Below, piece after piece: positions 32,172 to 42,468 of a stretch of DNA of 64,000 bases. Source of the stretch: Flavobacteriaceae bacterium UBA2540 (GTDB taxonomy: Bacteria > Bacteroidota > Bacteroidia > Flavobacteriales > Flavobacteriaceae); the NCBI GenBank assembly GCA_002340765.1, contig DDMS01000025.1, forward strand, positions 1,692-65,691, in the 5' to 3' direction. The notes below the pieces were generated by a model. The model was given only the letters and a program-made list of their open reading frames with translations, was not told where the DNA came from and ran no database searches. Within the stretch, counting starts at the first letter, position 1; each line of letters opens with the position of its first letter. A program made the translations under genes and the position numbers.

Positions 32172-33041
32172 TTATGCAGTTAATTTTTTAAGAGTATATT
32201 CAATTAAATCTGCTACAATTTTCGATGGATTTTCACTAAAAGTGCCATTTGCTCTGTTTGCAATAACAGCATTCAAAGAAACAGCATGATGCCCTAATAA
32301 TTGTGACAAACCATAAATTGCAGAAGTTTCCATCTCAAGGTTGGTAATTCTGTTTCCTTCAAATGAAAAACTATCTATTTTATTATTGAGATTTGCATCT
32401 TCTAAAGCTAAGCGTAAAACACGACCTTGTGGACCGTAAAATCCGCCAGCAGTTGCTGTAACACCTTGAAAAACAATTGGCGAAGCAAGTTTATTTGCTA
32501 ATGATGTTGAATTCGAAACGATAATTGGATGCGCTTTTTTTTCACTCCAATTAGTGTGTTTCATAAAAGCATTTTCAATTGCTGGATGTGAAATTGACTC
32601 TATTTGATAGAAGTGAAGCAAGCCGTTTAAATCTAATCCATGAGAACTCAGCACAAATGAATTTACAGGAATATCTGCTTGCAATGAACCTGATGTTCCA
32701 ATTCGGATAAACGAAAGTTGTGTGAAATTTTCTTTGATTTTTCTGGTTGATAAATCAATATTTGCCAAAGCATCTAACTCATTTAAAACAATATCAATAT
32801 TATCAGACCCAATTCCTGTTGAAATTACTGAAATACGTTTGTTTTTATAGGTTCCTGTGGCAGTCCTAAATTCACGTTTTTGAGTCGTAAACTCAATTTT
32901 ATCAAAGTGTTTTGTTACTTTGTCAACCCTATCTTGGTCTCCAACAAGTATAATAGTTGTGGCAATATTTTCGGGTCTTAAATTCAGATGATATACACTT
33001 CCATCTTGATTTAAGATCAATTCTGATGCTCCTAAACTCAT
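32172..33041 (-). CDS. nucleoside (uridine) phosphorylase
   Basis: YHL, VGDQDRV, STGIG, IRIGTSG, GFYGPQGR, NLEMETS motifs. Confidence 0.92.
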   Translation of the reverse strand: MSLGASELILNQDGSVYHLNLRPENIATTIILVGDQDRVDKVTKHFDKIEFTTQKREFRTATGTYKNKRISVISTGIGSDNIDIVLNELDALANIDLSTRKIKENFTQLSFIRIGTSGSLQADIPVNSFVLSSHGLDLNGLLHFYQIESISHPAIENAFMKHTNWSEKKAHPIIVSNSTSLANKLASPIVFQGVTATAGGFYGPQGRVLRLALEDANLNNKIDSFSFEGNRITNLEMETSAIYGLSQLLGHHAVSLNAVIANRANGTFSENPSKIVADLIEYTLKKLTA

Positions 33042-33986
33042 TTATGAAGTGATTTGTAATAGTTTTGAAGTGCTGCTTTGATAGATAAAGCTGTATTTTT
33101 TTGAACCTCCTAAATAGGTTTCTTCATTTCTAATTTGCCCATAAAAATTCAATTGCTTCTCCAGAACATCTTTTCCTTTTTTAGATAATTTTACAGGATT
33201 GAAAGACGAGAATAGTTTTTGTAGATTTCTTAAATGATTTTCATATTGCACGTCACCAAATCCATAGATTTCATCTTCTTGCAATAAATTTATAATCAAT
33301 TCATTTTTAGTTGCGAAATGGTGCGAATTTGCGGTTTTCAAAATGTTGTTTTCAACAATATTTAAACCATTTTCGATTGATGGAAAACGTTTCAAATGAG
33401 CTTCAATAGCTGAAGCTAAATACTGAAAAGGCGTCATTGGATTAAACTTATGAATAGCTTCTAATCGCAAAGGACTGTCTGAACAATACAATTGCCAAAT
33501 ATAATCAGCATATTCAATATCATCTTGAGATAGCGTAACTCTGTTTTGGTAATATGTAATGATTTGCTCTTGATTTAGCATTGAAAATGGTTGAATTTTT
33601 TCATTTTTTCCTCCATTTACAGAGCCAACCAGAGTAATTTGATAACCATGCCTGTATCTTTTTAACCAACTTACGACTGCAATCATATTTATCTGACAGA
33701 ACAAATCATGCTCAAACCACAATACAATTTCGTTTTGTTCTCTCTTTTTACAAAGATTTCGATATTCTTTTAATGTGTATTCAATAAAAGTTTGTTTGTT
33801 TAATTTATAAGCAGTTTTTAAAAAGTAGAACCTATTTTTCCAGAAGGTTTCACTGCCTACATCTGAAGTAGTTTTACCTTCGCAAAGCATTTCTCTCCAA
33901 GTAATAAATTCACCAGAAAACTGTAATTTTTTCAGATAGTTGGTAGTACTATCGCCATTTGTAATATGTAAAATTGATGCTTTCAT
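33042..33986 (-). CDS. DUF1835 domain-containing protein
   Basis: LHITNGD, WREMLCEG, LWFEHDLFCQ, RFPSIENGL motifs. Confidence 0.8.
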   Translation of the reverse strand: MKASILHITNGDSTTNYLKKLQFSGEFITWREMLCEGKTTSDVGSETFWKNRFYFLKTAYKLNKQTFIEYTLKEYRNLCKKREQNEIVLWFEHDLFCQINMIAVVSWLKRYRHGYQITLVGSVNGGKNEKIQPFSMLNQEQIITYYQNRVTLSQDDIEYADYIWQLYCSDSPLRLEAIHKFNPMTPFQYLASAIEAHLKRFPSIENGLNIVENNILKTANSHHFATKNELIINLLQEDEIYGFGDVQYENHLRNLQKLFSSFNPVKLSKKGKDVLEKQLNFYGQIRNEETYLGGSKKYSFIYQSSTSKLLQITS

Positions 33987-34038
33987 AATCTTTTAAAACG
34001 TTTTTTTGAATTCTTTACTACTGAAAGTGGATGTTAAA

Positions 34039-34362
34039 TTATCCTCCTACGCGTTTTACTTTAAATCCTTTTTCTTGAAGGAATTTCATGATTTTGTCTC
34101 GATAATCTCCTTGAATAATAATGGTATAATCCTTAAAACTTCCACCAACACAAAACAAAGTTTTAATTTCTTTCGCAAGCAGTTTAAAATCTTCTGTTGC
34201 ACCATTAAAACCTTCAATAATAGTGATGGGTTTTCCTTTTCGTTTTTCGTATTTACAAATCAGGGGCTCGTTTTGCCACCAAAAAGTGTTTTTTTCTTTG
34301 ATAGGTTCGTTAATAACAACGTGTTCTGGAAATAAATTTTTTAACTGTTCTTTTAAATCCAT
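34039..34362 (-). CDS. translation initiation factor SUI1/YciH
   Basis: RKGKPITIIEG...CVGGSFKD..IIIQGDYRDK. Confidence 0.92.
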   Translation of the reverse strand: MDLKEQLKNLFPEHVVINEPIKEKNTFWWQNEPLICKYEKRKGKPITIIEGFNGATEDFKLLAKEIKTLFCVGGSFKDYTIIIQGDYRDKIMKFLQEKGFKVKRVGG

Positions 34363-35309
34363 TATTTTTTCAATCCTAATTCTTTTAAACGCTCATCTAA
34401 AAATTCTCCTGCAGTGATGTCATCAAACTGTTTTGAATTGTTTTCGTCAATACAATTTTCTAAAACATCCAATTTCATTTCAGAAATTGGGTGCATAAAA
34501 AACGGAATTGAATATCTTGAGGTTCCCCACAATTCTCTTGGTGGGTTTATAACTCTGTGAATGGTAGATTTTAATTTGTTATTGCTGTGACGTGACAACA
34601 TATCACCCACATTGATCATCAGTTCATCTGGCTCAGCCATGGCATCAATCCATTCTCCTTTGTGGTTTTGCACTTGCAATCCTTTACCTTGAGCTCCCAT
34701 TAATAGCGTAATTAGATTTATATCTCCGTGAGCAGCAGCTCTTTCAGCGCCTTTTGGTTCGGTTTCAATTGGTGGATAATGAATTGGACGCAAAATACTA
34801 TTACCATTTTTGATATAATTATCAAAATAAGTTTCTTCCAAATTCAAATGCAATGCCAAAGCACGCAAAACATATTTGGCAGTTTTTTCGAGCATTTTAT
34901 AGGTTTCTTTTCCTACTTCATTGAATTTTGGCAACTCTTCAACAATCACGTTTGCTGGATATTCTGCTTCCAAAGCAGGGTTGTTTTCAACATATTGACC
35001 AAAATGCCAAAACTCTTTTAAATCACCTTCTTTTTTTCCTTTGGCAGCTTCTTTTCCAAAAGAAACATAGCCTCTTTGACCTCCTATACTAGGAATTTCA
35101 TATTTTTCTTTGACTTCCAAGGGTAAATCAAAAAAGTTTTTTATTTCTGCATATAAATCAGTCACTAATTTATCATCCAAAAAATGACCTTTCAAGGCAA
35201 CAAAACCTATATTTTCGTATGCATTTCCAATTTCTTCAATGAATTTTTGTTTTTTAGAAGGATCTTCAGATAAAAAATCAGCAAGATTTACGCTAGGTAT
35301 GATATTCAT
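34362..35309 (-). CDS. isopenicillin N synthase family 2OG-Fe(II) dioxygenase
   Basis: HYPP, HGD...ITLL, STIHRV, RYSIPFF (HxD...H...RxS). Confidence 0.92.
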   Translation of the reverse strand: MNIIPSVNLADFLSEDPSKKQKFIEEIGNAYENIGFVALKGHFLDDKLVTDLYAEIKNFFDLPLEVKEKYEIPSIGGQRGYVSFGKEAAKGKKEGDLKEFWHFGQYVENNPALEAEYPANVIVEELPKFNEVGKETYKMLEKTAKYVLRALALHLNLEETYFDNYIKNGNSILRPIHYPPIETEPKGAERAAAHGDINLITLLMGAQGKGLQVQNHKGEWIDAMAEPDELMINVGDMLSRHSNNKLKSTIHRVINPPRELWGTSRYSIPFFMHPISEMKLDVLENCIDENNSKQFDDITAGEFLDERLKELGLKK

Positions 35310-35361
35310 GTGTTGTTTTTTAATTGGGCAATAAATTTAGTAAAAAAAATAGCGCGGGAGA

Positions 35362-36072
35362 TTATTTTTTTGAAAACGGGATTAAATAACTCAATGTGTA
35401 ATTAAAACCAAATCCAGTTCCGCTTTCAAAAATTTGGTTAAAACCAGGTGAAAAAAGAGTTTGGAAATTGTCAGGTTCTTTTACAAACATCATTACTTTA
35501 TAGGAAACACTTGCGCTTACAAAAAAGTGCTTGAAAGTTTCAACTTTAAAACCTACCATCAATTCAGACCAATGCGAATTTAAATTATCAGTTTGCCCGC
35601 TAATAATAGGATTTGCAGGAAAATACGAAGTATTCACATTTGGCGTAAAATTATTTATTTTTTGTTCAAAAAAACTCAAACCATATCTGTATCCCACAAA
35701 AATCTCATTGTTCATGTCCAGCCAATTTTCATATGCATTGTAGTTGAAACCCATTCGAATATACGTCCCTTTTGCAGTAGAATTGGTATAATATTCTTGA
35801 GTTGTTTCTTCTTCAAAACCAATTTCAGTGGCAATAAATAATCTTTTTTTGATTCGGTAATCTGCTACCAATTCCAATCCGGTATAACTATCGCCAATAA
35901 AACCTTTGATGGGTTTGCTGATGTCTATTCCAATACGAATTCCGTAAGGAGATTTATAAACAATAGAATCTTTATCTGTTGATAAAGTATCAATCTTTTG
36001 TTCTTGAGCCACTGTTTCAGCAAGCACAAACATCGCAATAATGCTAATGAAATATTTGAACATGTGCTGCAT
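35362..36072 (-). CDS. outer-membrane beta-barrel protein (DUF6048-like)
   Basis: Signal peptide, amphipathic strands, C-terminal YTLSYLIPF. Confidence 0.7.
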   Translation of the reverse strand: MQHMFKYFISIIAMFVLAETVAQEQKIDTLSTDKDSIVYKSPYGIRIGIDISKPIKGFIGDSYTGLELVADYRIKKRLFIATEIGFEEETTQEYYTNSTAKGTYIRMGFNYNAYENWLDMNNEIFVGYRYGLSFFEQKINNFTPNVNTSYFPANPIISGQTDNLNSHWSELMVGFKVETFKHFFVSASVSYKVMMFVKEPDNFQTLFSPGFNQIFESGTGFGFNYTLSYLIPFSKK

Positions 36073-36493
36073 TTTGATTCTTTATTGTTATAGTTGTCAC
36101 CTCAAAATCAGCAATCCAAGTGTTGCTGGAAATGTAAGAAACTTCGTCAAAATTCACTTTGAATCCACAAGAACGAGAAACATAAATTTGCTGAGGGGTG
36201 TATTGAATTGTAAACTGATTCACCACATTTCCTTTTGAAAAATTATATACAGTTTCATTGGCAATCGAATTTAATGGAATTGAAATAGAATCTGTTGATT
36301 GATTCACTAAAATACTGTCTTTTCCTGCAGCCCAAACATATAATTGGTTCACATTTTTTAGTTGTGTTTTGTTGACATTGTCATAAAAACGCAAAACTAA
36401 TTTGGGTGTAATGGGATTTAGAGTGCAAAAATCATCTTTTTCACAAGAAGTTATCACACAGAAAAGCACTAAAATAGTGAGTATTTTTTTCAT
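36044..36493 (-). CDS. lipoprotein (DUF6452-like)
   Basis: MKKILTILVLFCVITSCEKDDFC lipobox; YVSRSCGFK motif; start 36493. Confidence 0.7.
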   Translation of the reverse strand: MKKILTILVLFCVITSCEKDDFCTLNPITPKLVLRFYDNVNKTQLKNVNQLYVWAAGKDSILVNQSTDSISIPLNSIANETVYNFSKGNVVNQFTIQYTPQQIYVSRSCGFKVNFDEVSYISSNTWIADFEVTTITIKNQNAAHVQIFH

Positions 36494-36494
36494 A

Positions 36495-36806
36495 TTAATC
36501 CTCTTCATCTTCATCAATCTCTTCCACTTCTACAATTTTATTAATTGCAGTTGCCAATTTAAAATCCAAATCTGTGACACCTCCTACATCATGAGTTGTT
36601 AGTTTTATTTCTAGCGTGTTATAGATATTTGTCCATTCAGGATGGTGGTTTAACGCTTCACATTCGAAAGCAATTCTGTTCATTGCAGACATGCAATCTT
36701 TGAAATTATCAAATTCAAAATCAGTAATTAATGCATCATTTTCATATTCCCAATCAATAAGTTTGACAAGTCTTTCTTCGATTTCTAATGTAGTAAGTTT
36801 TTTCAT
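36495..36806 (-). CDS. 4a-hydroxytetrahydrobiopterin dehydratase
   Basis: NHHPEW, LTTHDVGGVTDLD motifs. Confidence 0.94.
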   Translation of the reverse strand: MKKLTTLEIEERLVKLIDWEYENDALITDFEFDNFKDCMSAMNRIAFECEALNHHPEWTNIYNTLEIKLTTHDVGGVTDLDFKLATAINKIVEVEEIDEDEED

Positions 36807-37095
36807 AATTCAAAAGTAGTAAAATACTTATTGAAAAACGATTTTTGAGGATTGATTTTCAAGCAATGAGTGAAGTGATTCGCTTTCTGCTAAAAATATT
36901 TTTTTTGTAGTTTTTCCAATATTTCCTGCTCGAATAATAACAGCAAAATTGTTTTCTGATGTTTTGTTGATAGGATTAATTTCTTATAAAAAAAAGGGAT
37001 ATTTTTTCTTCTTGTTATTTTCATTCAATTTTTTTAGGGTTTTTAGAGAATCTTATCTCTTTGATTGCACAATTATCAAATTTGGAAAATATTTT

Positions 37096-37438
37096 TTAAT
37101 CAAAATCGTACCCATTTTCTATGATTGCTATTTCTTCTTCCGTAAAACCATACAATGTGAAAACCAATTGATCAATTTGGGCTACTAAAGTTGTTGTGCC
37201 TGATTTTGGGTTTTTGCTTTTTAATTTCAATGATTTTCGACAAAAAGACAGTAATTTGATTTTAAATTTCTTTATTTGGTTCAATTAAAAGTAATTTTAA
37301 TAATGGTGCTTTATCAATTTGATAATTATTTCCTTGCATTTTACCCTTATGCTTTAACCAAAATTCAATCAAAGTTTAATTAAGTAAACCTGTTAAAAAT
37401 TTTTGATTTAATCGACTTGTTTTTATTACATAAAATGT
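37096..37438 (-). pseudogene. C-terminal relic of a type IIG (Eco57I/TaqI-C-like) restriction-modification enzyme
   Basis: TFYVIKTSRLNQKFLTGLLN*TLIEFWLKHKGKMQGNNYQIDKAPLLKL...*, frameshift, QIDQLVFTLYGFTEEEIAIIE; matches the LLNS and IDxLVYxLYGLTEEEI tail of type IIG enzymes. Confidence 0.75.
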
Positions 37439-37448
37439 TACAAAAACA

Positions 37449-37471
37449 AAAACCGAGCATTGCTCGGTTTT
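37449..37471. terminator. intrinsic terminator downstream of M28 peptidase
   Basis: AAAACCGAGC-ATT-GCTCGGTTTT perfect hairpin with A/T runs on both sides. Confidence 0.8.
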
Positions 37472-37509
37472 ATTAAGTGAAGTTTCACAAGTGATTGCTT
37501 GTTTTTTTC

Positions 37510-38541
37510 TTATTTTTTTTCAGCTTTGTCAGCAACAATTTTGTTTTCTCTGTTTGCTACTTCCCAAGCAGTATGGAAAACCAATTTTGTTCTGTTTTCT
37601 AACAATTCATAGTTAATTTTGTCAGGAGTATCTGTTGGTTTGTGATAATCAACGTGTGTTCCATTAAAATAAAAAATAATTGGCACGTTTAATTTTGCAA
37701 AATTATAATGGTCTGAACGAAAGTAAAAACGATTTGGATCGTTTTCGTCATTGTATTTATAATCTAAATTGATTTTTGTGTATTTTTTGTTGATTTCTTC
37801 AGACAACTTATGCAATTCAGTGCTCAATTTATCAGAACCAATCAAATACACATAATTTGGATCTGATTTGTGACGATCATCAATTCTTCCAATCATGTCA
37901 ATGTTCAAATCACACACAGTATTTGAAATTGGAAAAATTGGGTTTTCAGTATAAAATTGCGAACCTAACAATCCTTTTTCTTCGCCAGTAACATGCAAAA
38001 ATAAGATAGAACGTTTAGGTCCTTTTCCTTCTTTTCCAGCCATTTGAAACGCTTGCGCAATTTCTAACATTGCCACTGTTCCTGATCCATCATCATCAGC
38101 ACCATTATAAATTTCTCCATTTTTAACGCCTTCGTGATCAAGGTGTGCTGAGATTATGACAATTTCGTCTGGTTTTTCTGTTCCTTTTATAAAAGCCACT
38201 ACATTTTCAGAGTCTTTCAATGAAACTTGTCTTTTGCGTTTGTTTAAAAATTCCGCAGGAACTTTTTGAAAATAATCGTCAATACCAATTGGCGATGCAA
38301 TTCCTTGACTCACATAAAAGTCTTTTAAATAGGCAATTGCTTTCTTTTGGCCTGGTTCGCCAGTATCTCTTCCTTCAAACTCATCAGAAGCATAAATAAA
38401 TAAATGCTTTCCCAACTCTTTTGCAGTAATAGTTGCTGCATATTTTGCAGCATGGTCTATATTGGCAACTTCAGTAACTTTTTTGTTGGTTCCACAGGCG
38501 CTCAATACAAGTGCAATAGCAATAAAAAGAATTTTTTTCAT
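37510..38541 (-). CDS. M28 family aminopeptidase (lipoprotein)
   Basis: Lipobox LSAC; SAHLDH, GADDDGSG, GEEKGLLGS, NIDMIG, RSDH, YHKPTD motifs. Confidence 0.93.
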   Translation of the reverse strand: MKKILFIAIALVLSACGTNKKVTEVANIDHAAKYAATITAKELGKHLFIYASDEFEGRDTGEPGQKKAIAYLKDFYVSQGIASPIGIDDYFQKVPAEFLNKRKRQVSLKDSENVVAFIKGTEKPDEIVIISAHLDHEGVKNGEIYNGADDDGSGTVAMLEIAQAFQMAGKEGKGPKRSILFLHVTGEEKGLLGSQFYTENPIFPISNTVCDLNIDMIGRIDDRHKSDPNYVYLIGSDKLSTELHKLSEEINKKYTKINLDYKYNDENDPNRFYFRSDHYNFAKLNVPIIFYFNGTHVDYHKPTDTPDKINYELLENRTKLVFHTAWEVANRENKIVADKAEKK

Positions 38542-38717
38542 AAAATAATGACTGTTTAATTGTGGTTATAACTTTATTTTTCAAAAGTAAGGAAAAAATG
38601 CAACAATGTATTAATTTAACAATGTATCAATGTATAAGTGTTTAAATAAATAATTAAATAATGAAGGGTTTAATCGTTGAACAATTAAACCCTCACATCT
38701 TTATACAATTAAACCCC

Positions 38718-38999
38718 CTATGGAGTATAGTTTTTTCTTTTTGGACCTTGCAAATCATGCATTTTTCTATTTCCGATGGTAACTTTTAATTCTGAAGTTG
38801 TTGCCCAATCCCAAGGACTTAAATTTTTAAGTTCTGGCGATCTTAATTCGTGGGCTACAACAACTTTAAAGTTCAAAACGGTAGCCGTTTTTTTCACATC
38901 CCATACATTTGTGTTTTTAGCCTCCGGCCCAGTTACACGTTGCTGAGAAAAGACATTTCCTCCGAAAAACATCAAAAAAATAATTCCTAATTTTCTCAT
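38718..38999 (-). CDS. small secreted protein with three (G/S)PxxKNxxPW-like repeats
   Basis: Signal peptide MRKLGIIFLMFFGGNVFS; repeats TGPEAKNTNVWD, RSPELKNLSPWD, QGPKRKNYTP; hairpin downstream at 38665-38693. Confidence 0.7.
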   Translation of the reverse strand: MRKLGIIFLMFFGGNVFSQQRVTGPEAKNTNVWDVKKTATVLNFKVVVAHELRSPELKNLSPWDWATTSELKVTIGNRKMHDLQGPKRKNYTP

Positions 39000-39388
39000 A
39001 ATAATTTCCTTTTGAGTAAGATATTTTCTATTTCAAAGATAGAAAACTAAAGAAAGTGGAGATGTTAAAAAATACTAAATTTCTTTAATATTTTATTTCA
39101 TATTATGAATTATGTAATAAATTAACTTAAATTCAAGCTAAATTTAATAATATTTAGTAAAAAACCGTTTTCGATATGAATAATTTTAGATATCCTTTTA
39201 TTATTATGGTTGTTCTAATTTTTAAATTTTGGAGAATGGCAGTTTGCAAAGTTTGAATTACCTGACCTTTAGGCAACTTACAAAAAAGGACCAAATTCTT
39301 GGGTAGTTTTATGCTTTGAAAAGTAGTTTCAAAAAAAGGAAAAAGTAAGAATTGAATTTAAATAATTCTGACTAGCGGTTTACAAATA

Positions 39389-40168
39389 TTATTTCATGAC
39401 AAATTGTTGTAAAGTTTTGTCAAAACGAATCATTTCATCAGGAAATAACTTTTCAAACATATTTTTATCAATCAATTGTTGTGGAGTGCCTGTATGAAAT
39501 TCATTTTCGATCATTAGGGCTATTTCGTCCGAAAATTTGATTGCTAAATTCACTTCATGTGTTGAAATGAGAATGGTTTTTGAAGTTTCAGCCACCAATT
39601 TTTTCAATACTTTAAAAATCTTTAAAGTATGGTGTAAATCCAAGTGTGCAGTGGGTTCATCAAGTATAATCAAAGGCGTATCTTGAGCCAAAGCACGAGC
39701 AATAAAAACACGTTGCAATTGTCCATCACTCAATTCATAAAAACGATTATGTTTTAAATGTTGAATTTCAGTAAGTTGCATGGCGTTATCTATACTAGTA
39801 ATGTCGGTTTCAGATAATGTATCAACCCAATTTGTATAAGGCTGTCTTCCAAGTGCAATCAATTCGAAAACAGTAAGTTGACTTTCGGGCAATCGTTCTG
39901 TAAGCACTAAACTTACACAAGTTGCCAAACTCTTATTTGTATAACTTTTTAACGCCTTTTGTTGGATAAAAGCACTCCCTTTTAAAGGTTGTTGAATGTT
40001 GGAAAGCGTGCGTAGTAAGGTCGATTTTCCAATACCATTTTTGCCAAGAAGCGTGACAAATGTTCCTTTTTGAATATTAAAGTTGATGTTTTCGCTCACA
40101 ACAGTTTGTGTCTTTTTTGAAGCGTAGCCAATGCTAAGATTTTCGGTATGTAAAATGTTGTTTTTCAT
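39389..40168 (-). CDS. iron-chelate/cobalamin ABC transporter ATP-binding protein (FecE/BtuD-like)
   Basis: GKNGIGKST, LSDGQLQR, ARALAQDTP, LDEPTAHLD motifs. Confidence 0.9.
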   Translation of the reverse strand: MKNNILHTENLSIGYASKKTQTVVSENINFNIQKGTFVTLLGKNGIGKSTLLRTLSNIQQPLKGSAFIQQKALKSYTNKSLATCVSLVLTERLPESQLTVFELIALGRQPYTNWVDTLSETDITSIDNAMQLTEIQHLKHNRFYELSDGQLQRVFIARALAQDTPLIILDEPTAHLDLHHTLKIFKVLKKLVAETSKTILISTHEVNLAIKFSDEIALMIENEFHTGTPQQLIDKNMFEKLFPDEMIRFDKTLQQFVMK

Positions 40169-40184
40169 AACAATATATTCAAAA

Positions 40185-41213
40185 TTAAACTACGAGTTTC
40201 TTTTTTCTGATGAGTAACCAAATTACTATAGGCGCACCAAAAAGTGAGGTAATCGCATTGATAGGCAGGGTATATTCGCTTGTTGGCAATTGGGCAATCA
40301 CATCACAAATAAGCAACACAATGGCACCAATCAACGCAGTTGCAGGCAACAAAGTTTTGTGGTTTGAGGTTCCAAAAAATAAACGTGCTAGGTGAGGGAC
40401 TGCCAATCCTACAAAAGCTATTGGACCTGAAAAAGCGGTAATAACACCAGTTAATAAACTGGTAATTAATAAAATAATATTCCTGCTTTTTTGAATGTGA
40501 ATTCCCAAACTTTTAGCGTAGTTTTCGCCTAAAAGCAAACTATTTAAGGGTTTGATTATTGGAAAAATGGCACACATTCCAACAGTATAAAAAATGCCAA
40601 AAATAAGGAGTTCATTCCAACTTAAATTGCCCAAACTACCAAAACTCCAAAATAAGAATTGTTGCAATTGGGTAGCTTCACTAAAATAAGATAAGACACT
40701 AATAATTGCGGATGCAAAACTGCCAAACATTAATCCAATAATCAAAATAGACATTGTATTTCTCACACTATTGGCTGCGAAAATTACTGCTGATAATACT
40801 AAAAATGCGCCTAAACTTGCAGCAATTGGTAATGTCCAATGTGTAATGGCTGATGAAGCCAAAAATCCTCCAAACAAACTAGCACTCAACAATAAAAAAG
40901 CAACACCCAAACTTGCGCCTGAGGAAATTCCCAGTACAAAAGGACCTGCTAACGGATTTCTGAACAAGGTTTGCATCAACAAACCACTCACAGAAAGTCC
41001 TGAGCCAACCATCACAGAAGTAATTGCTTTCGGAATTCGGAAATTCAACACAATTATTTCCCAACTTTCTTTACTAGCATTTTTGCCCAAAAGAACAGCT
41101 ATAATATCCTGAATTGGAATCATAACAGAGCCCAAACTGATGTTTAAAAAAAATGATACGATCCCTAAAACTGAGAGTATTAAAAAGTTTTTTTTGTAAG
41201 ATGGGTTATTCAT
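40185..41213 (-). CDS. FecCD/BtuC family ABC permease
   Basis: QTLFRNPLAGPFVLGISSGA, LGENYAKSLG, GPIAFVGLAVPH motifs. Confidence 0.92.
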   Translation of the reverse strand: MNNPSYKKNFLILSVLGIVSFFLNISLGSVMIPIQDIIAVLLGKNASKESWEIIVLNFRIPKAITSVMVGSGLSVSGLLMQTLFRNPLAGPFVLGISSGASLGVAFLLLSASLFGGFLASSAITHWTLPIAASLGAFLVLSAVIFAANSVRNTMSILIIGLMFGSFASAIISVLSYFSEATQLQQFLFWSFGSLGNLSWNELLIFGIFYTVGMCAIFPIIKPLNSLLLGENYAKSLGIHIQKSRNIILLITSLLTGVITAFSGPIAFVGLAVPHLARLFFGTSNHKTLLPATALIGAIVLLICDVIAQLPTSEYTLPINAITSLFGAPIVIWLLIRKKKLVV

Positions 41214-41256
41214 ATTATGAGTTCAATGGTATTCAATTTTTTTAATTTTTACTTTT

Positions 41257-41838
41257 TTATGCTACATATTCATTTAAAAAAGCAACTAATTTTTCAATAG
41301 CCAAACCTCTATGGGAAATACGATTTTTGTCTTCTGAAGTCATTTCCGCAAAAGATTGTTTAAATCCAGTTGGTTGAAAAACTGGATCGTATCCAAAACC
41401 TTGGGTGCCTTTTTTTTTAGTGAGGATTATTCCTTTACAAATACCTTCAAAAAAATACTGAATTCCATCTAAATTGAGACAAATCACAGTTCTGAATTGT
41501 GCATTTCTATTCTTAACACCAACCACTTCAGAAAGCAATTTTTTCATATTATTTTCAGCATTTCTTGGCTCTCCAGCATATCTTGCTGAATATACTCCTG
41601 GTTTTCCATTCAAAGTTGCTACTTCCAAGCCAGTATCATCACTAAAACAATTCATTCCATATTTTTGAGTTATAAAATCAGCTTTTAAAGCGGCATTTCC
41701 TTCCAAAGTTGTGGCTGTTTCTTCAATCTCTTCCTCACAATTAATGTCTTTTAAACTCACTAATTGTATCGAGTTTGGCAACATTTCTTGCACTTCTTTC
41801 AGTTTGTGGGCATTGTTGGTAGCAAAAACCAGAGTCAT
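41257..41838 (-). CDS. rdgB: non-canonical purine NTP pyrophosphatase
   Basis: [33 protein letters not shown] motifs. Confidence 0.95.
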   Translation of the reverse strand: MTLVFATNNAHKLKEVQEMLPNSIQLVSLKDINCEEEIEETATTLEGNAALKADFITQKYGMNCFSDDTGLEVATLNGKPGVYSARYAGEPRNAENNMKKLLSEVVGVKNRNAQFRTVICLNLDGIQYFFEGICKGIILTKKKGTQGFGYDPVFQPTGFKQSFAEMTSEDKNRISHRGLAIEKLVAFLNEYVA

Positions 41839-41932
41839 CTATTATTTTTTAAAAGGCAAAACTAAACAAATTTTTAAGGGTATCTGTTGTTTCTATTGTT
41901 ACATTAATACATTTTTACATTGAAACATTATC

Positions 41933-42406
41933 TTATTGATTATGATAAGGCTCATTTTTTAAAATAGTAAATGCTCTATACAATTGTTCAATCACAAAAA
42001 CTCGAATCATTTGATGCGAAAAAGTCATTTTTGATAGAGAAATTTTACCACTTGCTTTTGTATAGACTGCATCCGAAAAACCATAAGGACCACCAATTAT
42101 CAAGACCAATTGTTTGGCGCCTGCATTCATTTTTTTTTGTAAAAAATTAGAAAATTCAACAGATTTAAATTGACTGCCATTTTCATCCAACAAAATCAAT
42201 TCATCTGTAGGTTGTAATTTGCTGAGAATGAGTTCGCCTTCTTTTTCTTTTTGTTGTGATTCGCTTAAATTCTTTGCATTTTTGATGTCTTGAATTACTT
42301 CAAACTCAAATTTGATATAGTGTTTTAATCGTTGTTGGTATTCTTCCATCAAAGATTGCAAGGCTTTGTTGTCTGTTTTCCCGATGGCAAGCAATTTGAT
42401 TTTCAT
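41933..42406 (-). CDS. rlmH: 23S rRNA m3Psi1915 methyltransferase
   Basis: IGGPYG, SLSKMTFSHQM, EQLYRA, PYH motifs. Confidence 0.96.
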   Translation of the reverse strand: MKIKLLAIGKTDNKALQSLMEEYQQRLKHYIKFEFEVIQDIKNAKNLSESQQKEKEGELILSKLQPTDELILLDENGSQFKSVEFSNFLQKKMNAGAKQLVLIIGGPYGFSDAVYTKASGKISLSKMTFSHQMIRVFVIEQLYRAFTILKNEPYHNQ

Positions 42407-42468
42407 ATCGCAAAATTACTAATTATGCCATATGAATTTGTATTTTTACCTCGAACAAACAAAATTAT

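Noticed and set aside
36830-37095. Decayed ORF downstream of the R-M relic
   Set aside because: Coding-like but interrupted, with no identifiable motif.
39170-39360. Possible decayed plus-strand gene divergent from the 93-aa protein
   Set aside because: Short broken frames with no recognisable family.
39389-41256. Cobalamin riboswitch for the BtuC/BtuD-like pair
   Set aside because: The 43-bp AT-rich spacer upstream has no B12-box, so the substrate remains unassigned.
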